From: Minisyncoccota bacterium
Lineage (GTDB): Bacteria > Patescibacteriota > Minisyncoccia > Phycocordibacterales > PALSA-1337
DNA length: 64,000 nucleotides
NCBI GenBank assembly: GCA_018060945.1
Contig: JAGOVB010000002.1
Span: forward strand, 975-64,974
Direction of reading: 5' to 3'
The notes beneath the pieces are model-generated. The model was not told the origin of the DNA. It ran no database searches and saw only the letters and a program-made list of their open reading frames with translations. How positions within the stretch are numbered: the stretch's first letter is position 1; every line of letters begins with the position of its first letter. The translations under genes and the position numbers were made by a program. This document shows positions 26,208-35,015 of this stretch, piece after piece.

Positions 26208-28058
26208 ATGTTTATCATCGAAGTACTCCCTATTACCAAAGCAATCGGCAAAGAAACATTGTCATATTTCTCCCCAGCTGAAATAAAAGTAGGTTCGATG
26301 GTATCTATCCCTCTTCGTAATAAAAAAATCAAAGGAATCGTGGTGACTACGACACCAGCCATCGAAAAAAAGAGTGAAATAAAGAAACTCGACTTTCAAG
26401 TAAAAAAAGTAGACGACATCCAAGCGAGCAAACTGATCTCACCTCAGTTTATGAAAGTAGTACAACGAACCGCGTTGCATTTTGCAACCACAAAAGGTGC
26501 CATACTTTCTATCCTCATCCCCAAAGAACTTTTAGAGTCAAAGTTTCTCACCGAAGTACACAACGAGCAACGCCAGGACAAGGTAGTGATCCAGGGTGAT
26601 GATGAAGAGCGAGTGTCATATTACAAAACGCTCATCAGGCAGGAGTTTGCAAAGAAAAAGAGTGTTACTATCGTTGTCCCTTCTCACGAAGATGCTACAT
26701 ATATATATGAACGTCTATCAAAAGGTATTGAGGACTATATATATGTATTAAATAGCGCTCAAAAGAAAACAATAGAACTGATGCATCGCTCGATTCACCC
26801 CGTGCTCGCTATCGTCACAGCCCCCTACCTATCAGTCATTCGTAACGACACTGCAACCATCATAATTGAAAAAGAAAATGGCAGAGGCTATCGCACTATG
26901 TCACGACCATATATAGATTTGCGTATTGCAACTGAATTTTTTGCTGAAGAGACAAATTGCAGACTCGTGATCGGCGACATATTTCTCCGCACAGAAACAC
27001 TTTCAAAACATGCATTGGGAGAATACTTTGAAACTACTCCTTTCAAATTCAGATCGCTATCTACTGCTTCAGAAATCTTAGTAGACATGAAAGCATACAA
27101 GAGCTCATCGGGAGCATTTCGGATACTGAGCGAACAAGCTGAAGTTCTAATCAAAGAAACAAAAGAGCAGAGTGAGCATATGTTTGTCTTTGCTACCCGC
27201 CGCGGCCTCGCTCCATCGGTCGTCTGCGGTGATTGCCAAACTGTAGTTACCTGCAATCGATGCAGCGCTCCGATCGTACTCCACAGTTCAAAACAATCAG
27301 AAAAGACTTTCTTTCTCTGCCATCACTGTGGCGATCGAAGAAGCTCAGAGGAATACTGTAAAAACTGTCAGAGCTGGAAGCTCGGTACTGTCGGTATCGG
27401 CATCAACCTTGTTGCAGAAAAGATAAAAGACAAATTCCCCGATGTTAAAACTTTTATCCTCGACTCAGATACAGCAAAGACTGACAAAGCAGCCCGTGAC
27501 ATCATCCAAAAATTTAGATTTACACCAGGGAGCATACTCATCGGCACAGAGATGGCACTCTCATACCTCCACGAGCCAGTCCAAAATATCTTGGTTGCTT
27601 CGATGGATTCACTTTTGGCACTGCCCGATTTTCGTATACATGAAAAAATTCTCTACACGATCACTCGGATGCGGAGCCTCGCTACTCAGTCGATCATCCT
27701 CCAGACTCGAAGTCCCCAAGAAAAAGTATTCCAACATGCACTCAAAGGAAATCTTATCGACTTTTATCGAGAGCATATCGAAGAACGAAAACAATTTAAC
27801 TACCCACCTTTTTCGACATTGATCAAAATAACCTTAACTGGAAAGAAAGATGCGATAGTGGCAGAGATGCAAGAATTACAAACATTACTGAGTCCTCACG
27901 AAATAGACGTATTCCCTGCTTTTACCCATACGGTGAGAGGGCTCAGCGTGATCCACGGACTCATCAGAGTACATCGACTCGATGACACACTCTCACAGAC
28001 GCTTGCTCGCCTTCCACAGCACATCGTCATCAAAATTGACCCTGAAAGTCTTCTATAA
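26208..28058 (+). CDS. priA: Primosomal protein N' (PriA) homolog with degenerate helicase motifs
   Basis: 616 aa, colinear with PriA. The Cys-rich zinc region is retained (CGDCQ..CNRC...CHHCG...CKNC). Walker A reads GDDEERVS and the DEEH box reads EKEN. Confidence 0.75.
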   Translation: MFIIEVLPITKAIGKETLSYFSPAEIKVGSMVSIPLRNKKIKGIVVTTTPAIEKKSEIKKLDFQVKKVDDIQASKLISPQFMKVVQRTALHFATTKGAILSILIPKELLESKFLTEVHNEQRQDKVVIQGDDEERVSYYKTLIRQEFAKKKSVTIVVPSHEDATYIYERLSKGIEDYIYVLNSAQKKTIELMHRSIHPVLAIVTAPYLSVIRNDTATIIIEKENGRGYRTMSRPYIDLRIATEFFAEETNCRLVIGDIFLRTETLSKHALGEYFETTPFKFRSLSTASEILVDMKAYKSSSGAFRILSEQAEVLIKETKEQSEHMFVFATRRGLAPSVVCGDCQTVVTCNRCSAPIVLHSSKQSEKTFFLCHHCGDRRSSEEYCKNCQSWKLGTVGIGINLVAEKIKDKFPDVKTFILDSDTAKTDKAARDIIQKFRFTPGSILIGTEMALSYLHEPVQNILVASMDSLLALPDFRIHEKILYTITRMRSLATQSIILQTRSPQEKVFQHALKGNLIDFYREHIEERKQFNYPPFSTLIKITLTGKKDAIVAEMQELQTLLSPHEIDVFPAFTHTVRGLSVIHGLIRVHRLDDTLSQTLARLPQHIVIKIDPESLL

Positions 28059-28070
28059 TATAGTGAAGCT

Positions 28071-28580
28071 ATGGTAAAGATTTTACAAATGGGTGAGCCG
28101 ATACTGCGCACCATATGTGCGCCAGTAGATCTCGATAATATTCCCAAAACTCTTTTCAAAGATTTAAAAGAAGCTGTCTTTTCTCAGTCAGACGGTGTGG
28201 CTATTGCCGCGCCCCAGATCGGCTCACCACTGCGCGTCTTCTACATAGCCGGCAGTGTTTTAAAAAAAGCAGAGCCTGACAAGCATGACAAAGAAAAAGA
28301 TGATATGTATTTTATAAATCCAGTCATCGTCAAAAAATCTCGAGAAACCCAAGTCCTCGAAGAAGGCTGTCTCTCTATCCGCTATCTCTACGGAAAAGTC
28401 CGTCGCCCAAAGAAAATCACGATCCGTGCATATGACGAAAATGGCGTTCTGTTTGAACGAGGAGCAAGTGGTCTTTTAGCTCAAATCATACAGCACGAAA
28501 ACGACCATTTGGATGGCGTGCTCTTTATCGATAAAGCAGTGGATGTAGAAGAAATTTTACCTGATGAACACAATGCCTAA
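28071..28580 (+). CDS. def: Peptide deformylase
   Basis: 169 aa with GVAIAAPQIG, EGCLS and QHENDHLDG. Confidence 0.92.
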   Translation: MVKILQMGEPILRTICAPVDLDNIPKTLFKDLKEAVFSQSDGVAIAAPQIGSPLRVFYIAGSVLKKAEPDKHDKEKDDMYFINPVIVKKSRETQVLEEGCLSIRYLYGKVRRPKKITIRAYDENGVLFERGASGLLAQIIQHENDHLDGVLFIDKAVDVEEILPDEHNA

Positions 28581-29379
28581 ATTTGCTTTTTTTGGTAGCT
28601 CAATGTTTTCTGTTTTTCTACTCAACTCTTTAAAAGAAAAAGGCTGGTTACCCGCACTCATCATCTCGACTCCAGACAAACCACAAGGAAGAAAGCTTGT
28701 GCTCACCCCTACCCCTGTTTCTGTTTGGGCAAAAGAAAACAATATATCTTTGATTGCTCCAGCAAGTTTGAAAGTAGAGATCCCCGAGCTACATGGATTT
28801 GATTTATTTATTGTTGCTTCATATGGAAAAATCATTCCTCAGGCTATTCTCGACATGCCAAAAGATGGCGTACTCAATGTACACCCTTCTATGCTGCCAA
28901 AATACCGTGGACCAAGCCCGATCCAAAGCGCCATGCTCGATGACGACAAAGACACTGGTGTGAGTATCATGAAGCTAGATGCACTCATGGATCATGGACC
29001 GATCATCGCGCAGGAAAAAATCGAGATCATAGAGTGGCTCCCTCTTTTTGATATAAAAAAAATACTTGCTGAAAAAGGTGCAGCGCTTTTGGTAGAAAAT
29101 TTTAAAAATACACCCGTTGAGCAAAATCACGATTTGGCAACTTATACCAAAAAAATTACCAAAGAAGATGGGCTCATCGATTTTACTTCTGATCCATATC
29201 TTAACTACCGGAAATTTCTCGCGTTTAGTGGTTGGCCGAGCGTGTACTACTTTGTCGAGAATGTGCGAGTAAAAATAACAAAAGCCCGATTCGAAAATCA
29301 GGCTTTTGTGATCGAAAGGATTATTCCCGAAGGAAAATCAGAGATAGATTTTAATGAACACTACCGTCCTCGTAGCTAA
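28564..29379 (+). CDS. fmt: Methionyl-tRNA formyltransferase (short)
   Basis: 271 aa with VASYGKIIP and NVHPSMLPKYRGPSPIQ. It lies downstream of def with a 17-nt overlap. Confidence 0.85.
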   Translation: MNTMPKFAFFGSSMFSVFLLNSLKEKGWLPALIISTPDKPQGRKLVLTPTPVSVWAKENNISLIAPASLKVEIPELHGFDLFIVASYGKIIPQAILDMPKDGVLNVHPSMLPKYRGPSPIQSAMLDDDKDTGVSIMKLDALMDHGPIIAQEKIEIIEWLPLFDIKKILAEKGAALLVENFKNTPVEQNHDLATYTKKITKEDGLIDFTSDPYLNYRKFLAFSGWPSVYYFVENVRVKITKARFENQAFVIERIIPEGKSEIDFNEHYRPRS

Positions 29380-29516
29380 CGTATCCTGCGGTAGCGATTT
29401 CGATTTTTTGATTGAAGAAGTATATCGTAGTCCACACTGCCATAAGCCCAACAAGAACCAACCCTAGTGCCGAGTTTATGTGCTGCTGCAAAAACTTACT
29501 CTCATGTATGTGCATT

Positions 29517-29876
29517 TTATTTATTGAATATACCTCTCACCATCTCCTTTACTCTCGCTCCGCTGCGGCGGACAAAAGAAATATCTTTCTCTTTTGTCTC
29601 TGCTAGCTTGCGCTGAGCCTCGTCACGGACTTCGTCGATCGCAGCATAGAGATCAGAAGATTCTTTGCTCACATACAAATCCTTGTGGTGTGAGTATGCT
29701 CTGATTTCTGCACGGAAAATATCTCCGTGTTTGTGGTGATCGCTTGTCTTCGCAACTTCCACATGTACAATCGTATCCTGCTCCAAAAAACGTTCCAATG
29801 TACCTACTTTCTTTTCGATATATTCAGTCACAGCTGCTGAACTTGGAAAACCTGTTGTTTTGATTTGAATGTTCAT
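29517..29876 (-). CDS. hpf: Ribosome hibernation factor (HPF/RaiA/YfiA family)
   Basis: 119 aa counted from MNIQIKTTG, with S30AE-type motifs (YIEKKVGTLERF, DLYAAIDEV). Confidence 0.8.
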   Translation of the reverse strand: MNIQIKTTGFPSSAAVTEYIEKKVGTLERFLEQDTIVHVEVAKTSDHHKHGDIFRAEIRAYSHHKDLYVSKESSDLYAAIDEVRDEAQRKLAETKEKDISFVRRSGARVKEMVRGIFNK

Positions 29877-29934
29877 GTTGTAAAGGTTATCTAATAATAC
29901 TTTTATTATACTAGATTTTTTGCATTGCTGTCTG

Positions 29935-30147
29935 TTAGTAATCAACAGATATGATCTTTGATGGATGATGGTGTCCACTCACTATCCTCACCGCTCCTTT
30001 GTGCATTTCTCGCATAATTTCGAGGATTCTTGTATTTGCCATATTCCTCTCTGCAGGTTCGCGAAGGCTGATCTCGTAGTAGTCGTCACGGATCTTTTTG
30101 ACAACTTCTTTCTTTGCCTCAGTTATTACCTTCACTTTTATATACAT
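29935..30147 (-). CDS. DUF167 (YggU-like) protein
   Basis: 70 aa whose pattern IKVKV..EAKK......ISLREPAERNMAN..ILEI........VRIVSG...P.K matches YggU. Confidence 0.6.
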   Translation of the reverse strand: MYIKVKVITEAKKEVVKKIRDDYYEISLREPAERNMANTRILEIMREMHKGAVRIVSGHHHPSKIISVDY

Positions 30148-30187
30148 ATTTGCTATGATACCAACGTTCCTTTAAAAAGAACAATAT

Positions 30188-30262
30188 TCCCCTGTAGCTC
30201 AGCGGTAGAGCAATCGCCTGTTAAGCGATTGGTCGTAGGTTCGATCCCTACCGGGGGAGCCA
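30188..30262 (+). tRNA. tRNA-Asn (anticodon GUU), CCA encoded
   Basis: Cloverleaf: acceptor TCCCCTG/CGGGGGA, D arm GCTC-AGCGGTA-GAGC, anticodon stem ATCGC/GCGAT with loop CTGTTAA, T arm GTAGG-TTCGATC-CCTAC, then GCCA. Confidence 0.9.
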
Positions 30263-30526
30263 GTTAGGACAGCCTGATAATTGAAGGATCAAATTATATG
30301 GTTTTCTTAGTGTAAATTCTAGGTTTTTAGCGGAAACAGTCGGGTTCTGAAGTAAGTAATTCAAAATTGCTCGTTTTTCCATTGGTTCAGAACTCTCAAA
30401 GAGTGTTTTTATTCTGCGTGATAGATTTAGTATTGTAGAAATCTGGATATGATACTCATGGTCTGCTTTGGTATGCTCTCCAAGTTCAATGTTGAGTCGG
30501 TATTGTCGATCCTTCAATTCTTGCAA
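30248..30526 (-). pseudogene. 5'-truncated remnant of a large serine recombinase (C-terminal region only)
   Basis: The 92-aa ORF (..EHTKADHEYHIQISTILNLSRRIKTLFESSEPMEKRAILNYLLQNPTVSAKNLEFTLRKPYN) resembles, from memory, the C-terminal helical region of large serine recombinases. No catalytic domain is present. The ORF reads 15 nt into the tRNA-Asn 3' end. Confidence 0.45.
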
Positions 30527-30552
30527 CTTCTTGTCATAGTCATCCTTAGTAA

Positions 30553-30571
30553 TTCACCTATCAAGACAAGC
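30553..30571 (+). repeat. Weak copy of the island repeat (core CACCTATCAA)
   Basis: TTCACCTATCAAGACAAGC lies at the truncation point of the recombinase remnant. Confidence 0.3.
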
Positions 30572-30578
30572 CAAATAA

Positions 30579-31133
30579 TTAGTACTTACTCAAATCAAAC
30601 CATTTATTCTCAAATCCTGCCTTTTTCAGGATACGCATTACAAAATCTGTTTTACCTCCAATGTATTCACCTTTTCCTGTCGGGTCTCTTTGTAGTAGCT
30701 CTTTCTTTAACTCACCATAAGCATCCCTATCTTCAAGGTGTTCACGCAAATAATCTCTAAACAAAATTTGTCGTTCTAAAAAGCTTCCTTTATCACCATA
30801 ACAAATTGAGAGATGAAATTCTGTTGGCACACCTTTTCTCAGAAAATGTCGTTCGGTTGATACGTCCTTACTAGATACATATCCAAGAGTTGCCAAAGGC
30901 TCGATAACTGATTCAATATTTTCAGAAGAAGGTATCTCAACTGCAATATCGATTATTGGTTTTGAAGCGAGTCCTGTGATAGAAGTGCTTCCAATATGCT
31001 CGATTCTAGCTATCTTGTCACCAAGCAAGCTCTTGATCCTCTCTGCTTCCTGTTCAAAAATCTCAGGCCATTTCGGATCATATTCTCTTACTTCTAGATG
31101 CGATATATCGACTGTTTCGATCTTTTGTTCCAT
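30579..31133 (-). CDS. GrpB-family nucleotidyltransferase-fold protein
   Basis: It has IEHIGSTSITGLASKPIIDI and matches over the full GrpB length. The start is at ATG 31133, with TATAAT 6 nt upstream. Confidence 0.75.
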   Translation of the reverse strand: MEQKIETVDISHLEVREYDPKWPEIFEQEAERIKSLLGDKIARIEHIGSTSITGLASKPIIDIAVEIPSSENIESVIEPLATLGYVSSKDVSTERHFLRKGVPTEFHLSICYGDKGSFLERQILFRDYLREHLEDRDAYGELKKELLQRDPTGKGEYIGGKTDFVMRILKKAGFENKWFDLSKY

Positions 31134-31207
31134 ATGCAAATTATATAAAAATCAACAGATAAAAGATACTGCACCTCAAAAGCTCTGACTTTTGATATAC
31201 TTACTTC

Positions 31208-31753
31208 ATGAATTTAACCATACCTGTTAGAGACAATATTGAACTAAAGACACTTCAGATATCTGACGCTCAAGCTTTTTTTGATATTACAAAAAAGAAT
31301 AATAAATACTTGCGAGAATGGCTCGGTTGGTTGGATGACGATAAAACTGCGACTGATACTGAAAAGTATATAATCGAAAGCAATAAACGATTTGAGAACA
31401 AAGAAGGATTGGACCTTGGGATTTTTGCTGACGGTCTACAGATTGGTGGTATTGGTCTATTCCCTTGGGACACTGCAAACAAAAAGACTTCTGTTGCATA
31501 TTGGCTCACTGAAGAATCTCAAGGTAAAGGAATTATGACTGATTGTCTCAAGAAGGTTATTGAGTATGCATTTATTGAAATGGGGTTAAATCGCATTGAA
31601 GTCACCTGTGCAATTGGCAATACAAAGAGTTCAGCCCTTCCTAAAAAGCTCGGTTTCACTCTTGAGGGTATTTCTCGCGAAGGGAGCTGGCTCTATGACC
31701 ATTTTGTGGATTTGGAAGTGTATAGTTTGTTAGCAAAAGAGTGGAAAAGATAA
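31208..31753 (+). CDS. GNAT N-acetyltransferase (RimJ/RimL-like)
   Basis: 181 aa with the acetyl-CoA motif SQGKGIMTDCLKKVIEYAF and NTKSSALPKKLGF. Confidence 0.85.
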   Translation: MNLTIPVRDNIELKTLQISDAQAFFDITKKNNKYLREWLGWLDDDKTATDTEKYIIESNKRFENKEGLDLGIFADGLQIGGIGLFPWDTANKKTSVAYWLTEESQGKGIMTDCLKKVIEYAFIEMGLNRIEVTCAIGNTKSSALPKKLGFTLEGISREGSWLYDHFVDLEVYSLLAKEWKR

Positions 31754-31758
31754 AACAA

Positions 31759-32247
31759 ATGAAAAATATCTTAGAAATCGAACGAAAATTCATCCTCTCA
31801 AAACTCCCCGATGTAAGTGGAATCATACCCATGGAGTATGAGAGATACTTTCTCGAGCGAGGTAGTGGTATTGAAACGAGAGTTCAGAAAAAAGGAAATA
31901 AATATACATACGAAAAGAAGATCGAGAAAGAAGGTGTTGGTCGGGAGCGTGCAGAAGAACGAGAAATAAGTGAGGAGGAATTTAATACATTAAAGAAAAC
32001 TGCCTCAAAAGCGATCCTCCGAACTCGCTACGACATATCCCCTCTCATTGCAATCCAGGCATACCACGGTGACTACGAAGGACTTATTCGATATGAAGTA
32101 GAGTTTAATACAGTCGAGGAAGCACAAGCTTTTGTTCCCGAATCATGGCTTGGAAAAGAAATTATTGACTCCCCTATTGGGCGTGATGGAAAGCTGCTAG
32201 ATTTGAATCGAGAAGAGTTTTTACTTGAGCTGAAGAAGTTTTTGTAA
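31759..32247 (+). CDS. CYTH-domain (triphosphate tunnel metalloenzyme) protein
   Basis: It has the N-terminal EIERKF signature. The start is placed at ATG 31759. Confidence 0.7.
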   Translation: MKNILEIERKFILSKLPDVSGIIPMEYERYFLERGSGIETRVQKKGNKYTYEKKIEKEGVGRERAEEREISEEEFNTLKKTASKAILRTRYDISPLIAIQAYHGDYEGLIRYEVEFNTVEEAQAFVPESWLGKEIIDSPIGRDGKLLDLNREEFLLELKKFL

Positions 32248-32268
32248 TCAAACCTCACCTATCAACGC
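32246..32268 (+). repeat. Island repeat copy A
   Basis: AATCAAACCTCACCTATCAACGC, 23/23 identical to copies B and C. It overlaps the CYTH stop codon. Confidence 0.8.
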
Positions 32269-32325
32269 ATAAAATCACCAACTTGCGGAAAACATCAGTT
32301 TAGGCTAGTATTTAGATATCACCAC

Positions 32326-32366
32326 GAAAAAGCTCCTATGAGGCCCGTCCTCATAGGGCCTTTTTC
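32326..32366. terminator. Bidirectional intrinsic terminator
   Basis: The stem CCTATGAGG/CCTCATAGG is flanked by an A-run and a T-run and overlaps the NYN stop codon. Confidence 0.55.
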
Positions 32367-32875
32367 TTTGTATATGTGTACTCAACCTTGTTTCTTACTG
32401 CATCTAGAAAAATCAGGAACTTTTCAGTTGGAGTATTGATTTTCTTTAATAATGCAGAGTATCTTTTTTGATCAGGAATGATGACTGCCTTAAGTTTCTT
32501 TTGATCTCTTAAATATTCAGCGAGACAATAGAAATCACCATCCCCTGAAATGATTATTGCCTTTCCATAATTAGGAAGCTCAATCATCGAGTGCAATACG
32601 AGCTCAGCATCACAGTTCCCTTTTGTTGTTCCATCTTTATACATGAGCGTTGGTTTAAAAATAACAATGTAGCCATCTTCCTGCATTTTCTTGTATATTT
32701 GCTGATTGCCTTCCATATATCCCATAAAGAGATACGCCTTCTCTACCGCAAATTTGTCTTTCAAATATATTCTTAGTTTCGAGAAATCAATCTTCCAACC
32801 TTGGTTTTTAATACTAAGGTAGAGATTCTGGCTATCTATGAAAGCAAAGTTTGGTAGTTCATTTTCCATGTACAT
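32351..32875 (-). CDS. NYN/LabA-like ribonuclease domain protein, paralog 2
   Basis: 174 aa with FIDSQNL, KGNCDAEL and IISGDGDF. TGATATAAT lies 5 nt upstream of the ATG. Confidence 0.72.
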   Translation of the reverse strand: MYMENELPNFAFIDSQNLYLSIKNQGWKIDFSKLRIYLKDKFAVEKAYLFMGYMEGNQQIYKKMQEDGYIVIFKPTLMYKDGTTKGNCDAELVLHSMIELPNYGKAIIISGDGDFYCLAEYLRDQKKLKAVIIPDQKRYSALLKKINTPTEKFLIFLDAVRNKVEYTYTKKKAL

Positions 32876-32906
32876 ACAAGATTATATCAAAAGCATATCT
32901 CTAGTA

Positions 32907-32935
32907 AATCAAACCTCACCTATCAACGCGAGCAT
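32907..32935 (+). repeat. Island repeat copy B
   Basis: AATCAAACCTCACCTATCAACGCGAGCAT, 29/29 identical to copy C. Confidence 0.85.
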
Positions 32936-32968
32936 AGCATTTTGCAGAATTTCTGATATACTCATATT

Positions 32969-33331
32969 ATGAATATTGATCACATTGGTTTTGCAGTTTC
33001 AAACTTTAAAAAGAGTAAAGATTTTTATACCAGCACTCTATCCCCACTTGGTTTAACAATCGTTGGTGAAGGTGATACATGGGCAATGATGGGTAAAACT
33101 AAATGTGATCTATGGTTTGGTGAAATTGAAGGAGAAAATCCAAAACCAATCCATTTAGCATTCGTTGCTGAAAATCATGAACAAGTAGACGCATTTTATG
33201 CAAAAGCTATGGAAGCTGGTGCTACTGATAACGGAAAGCCGGGACTAACTCCTGAATACGGAGAAAGTTACTATGCCGCCTTTGTTATTGATATCAATGG
33301 ACATAATCTAGAAGCTGTCTGTAGAACATAA
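32969..33331 (+). CDS. VOC/glyoxalase-family protein
   Basis: 120 aa with IDHIGFAVSN, HLAF and GHNLEAV. Confidence 0.8.
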   Translation: MNIDHIGFAVSNFKKSKDFYTSTLSPLGLTIVGEGDTWAMMGKTKCDLWFGEIEGENPKPIHLAFVAENHEQVDAFYAKAMEAGATDNGKPGLTPEYGESYYAAFVIDINGHNLEAVCRT

Positions 33332-33334
33332 AAC

Positions 33335-33739
33335 ATGAAACCTGACCCAAGACTCCATCACTACTGCCAAAATATTAAAACCGGATATTTGAAGGATGTA
33401 ATTGAAATGTATTCCCTCCTCGATTTTGATATCGTATACAATCCGGGAGAACAAGCTGGCTGGATCATGGTTGGTCAGAAACAATTACGTTTTGCAATAC
33501 AAATTACTCAAGTCGATGATACTCCAATAGCTGATTTAGATGTAAAGAAAAGAACTCATATTGCTTTCCTTTCAGACAATCCGAAAGAGGTAGTTGAAAA
33601 GATTAGAACTTGGGCTGAAACGAAAGGATTGGAATTTAGACAAGGTGGTTGGTCTGATCGAGAACTCTATTTTGATTTACCTGATGTATTCATCAACTTT
33701 GTTGTAGAGGTAATGCATACTTCGATTGAAGAAGAATAA
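33335..33739 (+). CDS. Hypothetical protein, possibly a VOC-like fold
   Basis: 134 aa with THIAFLSDNPKEVVEKI and a weak beta-alpha-beta-beta-beta pattern. Confidence 0.35.
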   Translation: MKPDPRLHHYCQNIKTGYLKDVIEMYSLLDFDIVYNPGEQAGWIMVGQKQLRFAIQITQVDDTPIADLDVKKRTHIAFLSDNPKEVVEKIRTWAETKGLEFRQGGWSDRELYFDLPDVFINFVVEVMHTSIEEE

Positions 33740-33743
33740 ATGT

Positions 33744-34268
33744 ATGAAAAAGATTTACATAACTGGAGTTTCAGGGACTGGCAAAACAACAATTTATGAA
33801 GAGTTAAAGAAACGAGGATTTACTGCGATCAGTTTAGATGAAACAGATGACTTGTGTTGTTGGGCAAGTAAAAAAACTAAAGAAAAAGTAGAGCGACAAG
33901 TAGAACTTAATATAGAATTTACCAGTACACACGACTGGATTTGTGATATTGAGTATTTGAAAAAGCTTTTAGCCAAAGAGACTGATAAAGATATGGTATT
34001 TGTCTTGGGAGTTGCTTCTAATCAAAAGGAATTTCTGACTATGTTTGATAAGGTACTAGTTCTTCAGTGTAAACCTGAAACCTTTCTACACAGACTTACA
34101 CACAGAACTAATAATGAGTTTGGTAAAGATGAAACTGTACGAAGTGCGGTTCTTGGGTGGTATCAAGAGTTTGAAAGTGAACTTCTATTACGAGGAGCGA
34201 TTTCTATCGATACGGACAAGCCCCTAAACGAAGTCGTGGAAGAGGTACTAAGGCAAGCTGGGATATAA
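33744..34268 (+). CDS. P-loop NTPase / small-molecule kinase-like protein
   Basis: It has the Walker A motif ITGVSGTGKTT at the N-terminus and is the size of AAA_18/shikimate-kinase-like proteins. Confidence 0.6.
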   Translation: MKKIYITGVSGTGKTTIYEELKKRGFTAISLDETDDLCCWASKKTKEKVERQVELNIEFTSTHDWICDIEYLKKLLAKETDKDMVFVLGVASNQKEFLTMFDKVLVLQCKPETFLHRLTHRTNNEFGKDETVRSAVLGWYQEFESELLLRGAISIDTDKPLNEVVEEVLRQAGI

Positions 34269-34296
34269 ATCAAACCTCACCTATCAACGCGAGCAT
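34268..34296 (+). repeat. Island repeat copy C
   Basis: AATCAAACCTCACCTATCAACGCGAGCAT. It overlaps the last base of the kinase stop codon. Confidence 0.85.
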
Positions 34297-34340
34297 CCTT
34301 GCTTTTTTCGAACAAAAGCATATAATACATGTATCACTAT

Positions 34341-34389
34341 GAAAAAGACCCTTACGTAGATACGTCTACGTCGGGGGTTTTTTCTTTTA
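34341..34389. terminator. Bidirectional intrinsic terminator
   Basis: ACGTAGA-TACG-TCTACGT extended by CCC/GGG, flanked by GAAAAAG and TTTTTTCTTTT. Confidence 0.55.
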
Positions 34390-34869
34390 TAGCTTTCTTG
34401 AGAACTTGTGGTACTGCTCATTGAGAAATGTGATTTCAATATTCTTGTTTCTGAGCAAGAAGGAACACTTTTTCTTGTCTGGAGCAATTACTCTTTCGAG
34501 AGCAGAATTACTATTAAGAAATTCAACGAGGCAACCAAAGTCTCCATCACCTGTAATCAATACACACTTCTCATACGCTTTAGTGTAGAAATCTGACGTT
34601 GTCTTTAAAACGAGCTCAGCATCACAATTCCCTTTTATAACTCCACTCACAGAAATAGTTTGCTTGAAGATCAGGATAAAACCACACTCTTGTAGATGTT
34701 GATAAAATTTCACTCGATCAGGAACTAAGCCGATGAATAAATATACTTGGTCTGGTGTGTACTTCTGCCGTAACCATCCTTTAAATTTTTTATAATCAAT
34801 TTCAAAACCCAGCTCTTTGGCACTGCGATATAGATTATTTCCGTCAATATAAATATTAGTTTTACTCAT
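34387..34869 (-). CDS. NYN/LabA-like ribonuclease domain protein, paralog 3
   Basis: It has YIDGNNL, KGNCDAEL and LITGDGDF. The start is placed at MSKTNIY (34869) so that it clears repeat copy D. Confidence 0.72.
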   Translation of the reverse strand: MSKTNIYIDGNNLYRSAKELGFEIDYKKFKGWLRQKYTPDQVYLFIGLVPDRVKFYQHLQECGFILIFKQTISVSGVIKGNCDAELVLKTTSDFYTKAYEKCVLITGDGDFGCLVEFLNSNSALERVIAPDKKKCSFLLRNKNIEITFLNEQYHKFSRKL

Positions 34870-34892
34870 GTAAATGCATTTTATCATAGAAG

Positions 34893-34921
34893 AACCAACC
34901 CTCACCTGTCAAAGCGAGCAT
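34893..34921 (+). repeat. Island repeat copy D
   Basis: AACCAACCCTCACCTGTCAAAGCGAGCAT, 25/29 identical to copy B. Confidence 0.7.
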
Positions 34922-35015
34922 TAAAAAGTAGGCAAAAATCGCTATTGTTGTCTTTATTGACAATGTGTGATAAGATGTGTCTTGGTAAAACACAAACCCC
35001 AACCCCCTTATTAGG

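Noticed and set aside
29380-29606. Plus-strand 64-aa ORF (29412..29606), and a possible 46-aa minus-strand TM peptide overlapping the fmt 3' end
   Set aside because: The plus-strand ORF is antisense to hpf and low-complexity. The minus-strand peptide needs a TTG start and has no supporting signals.
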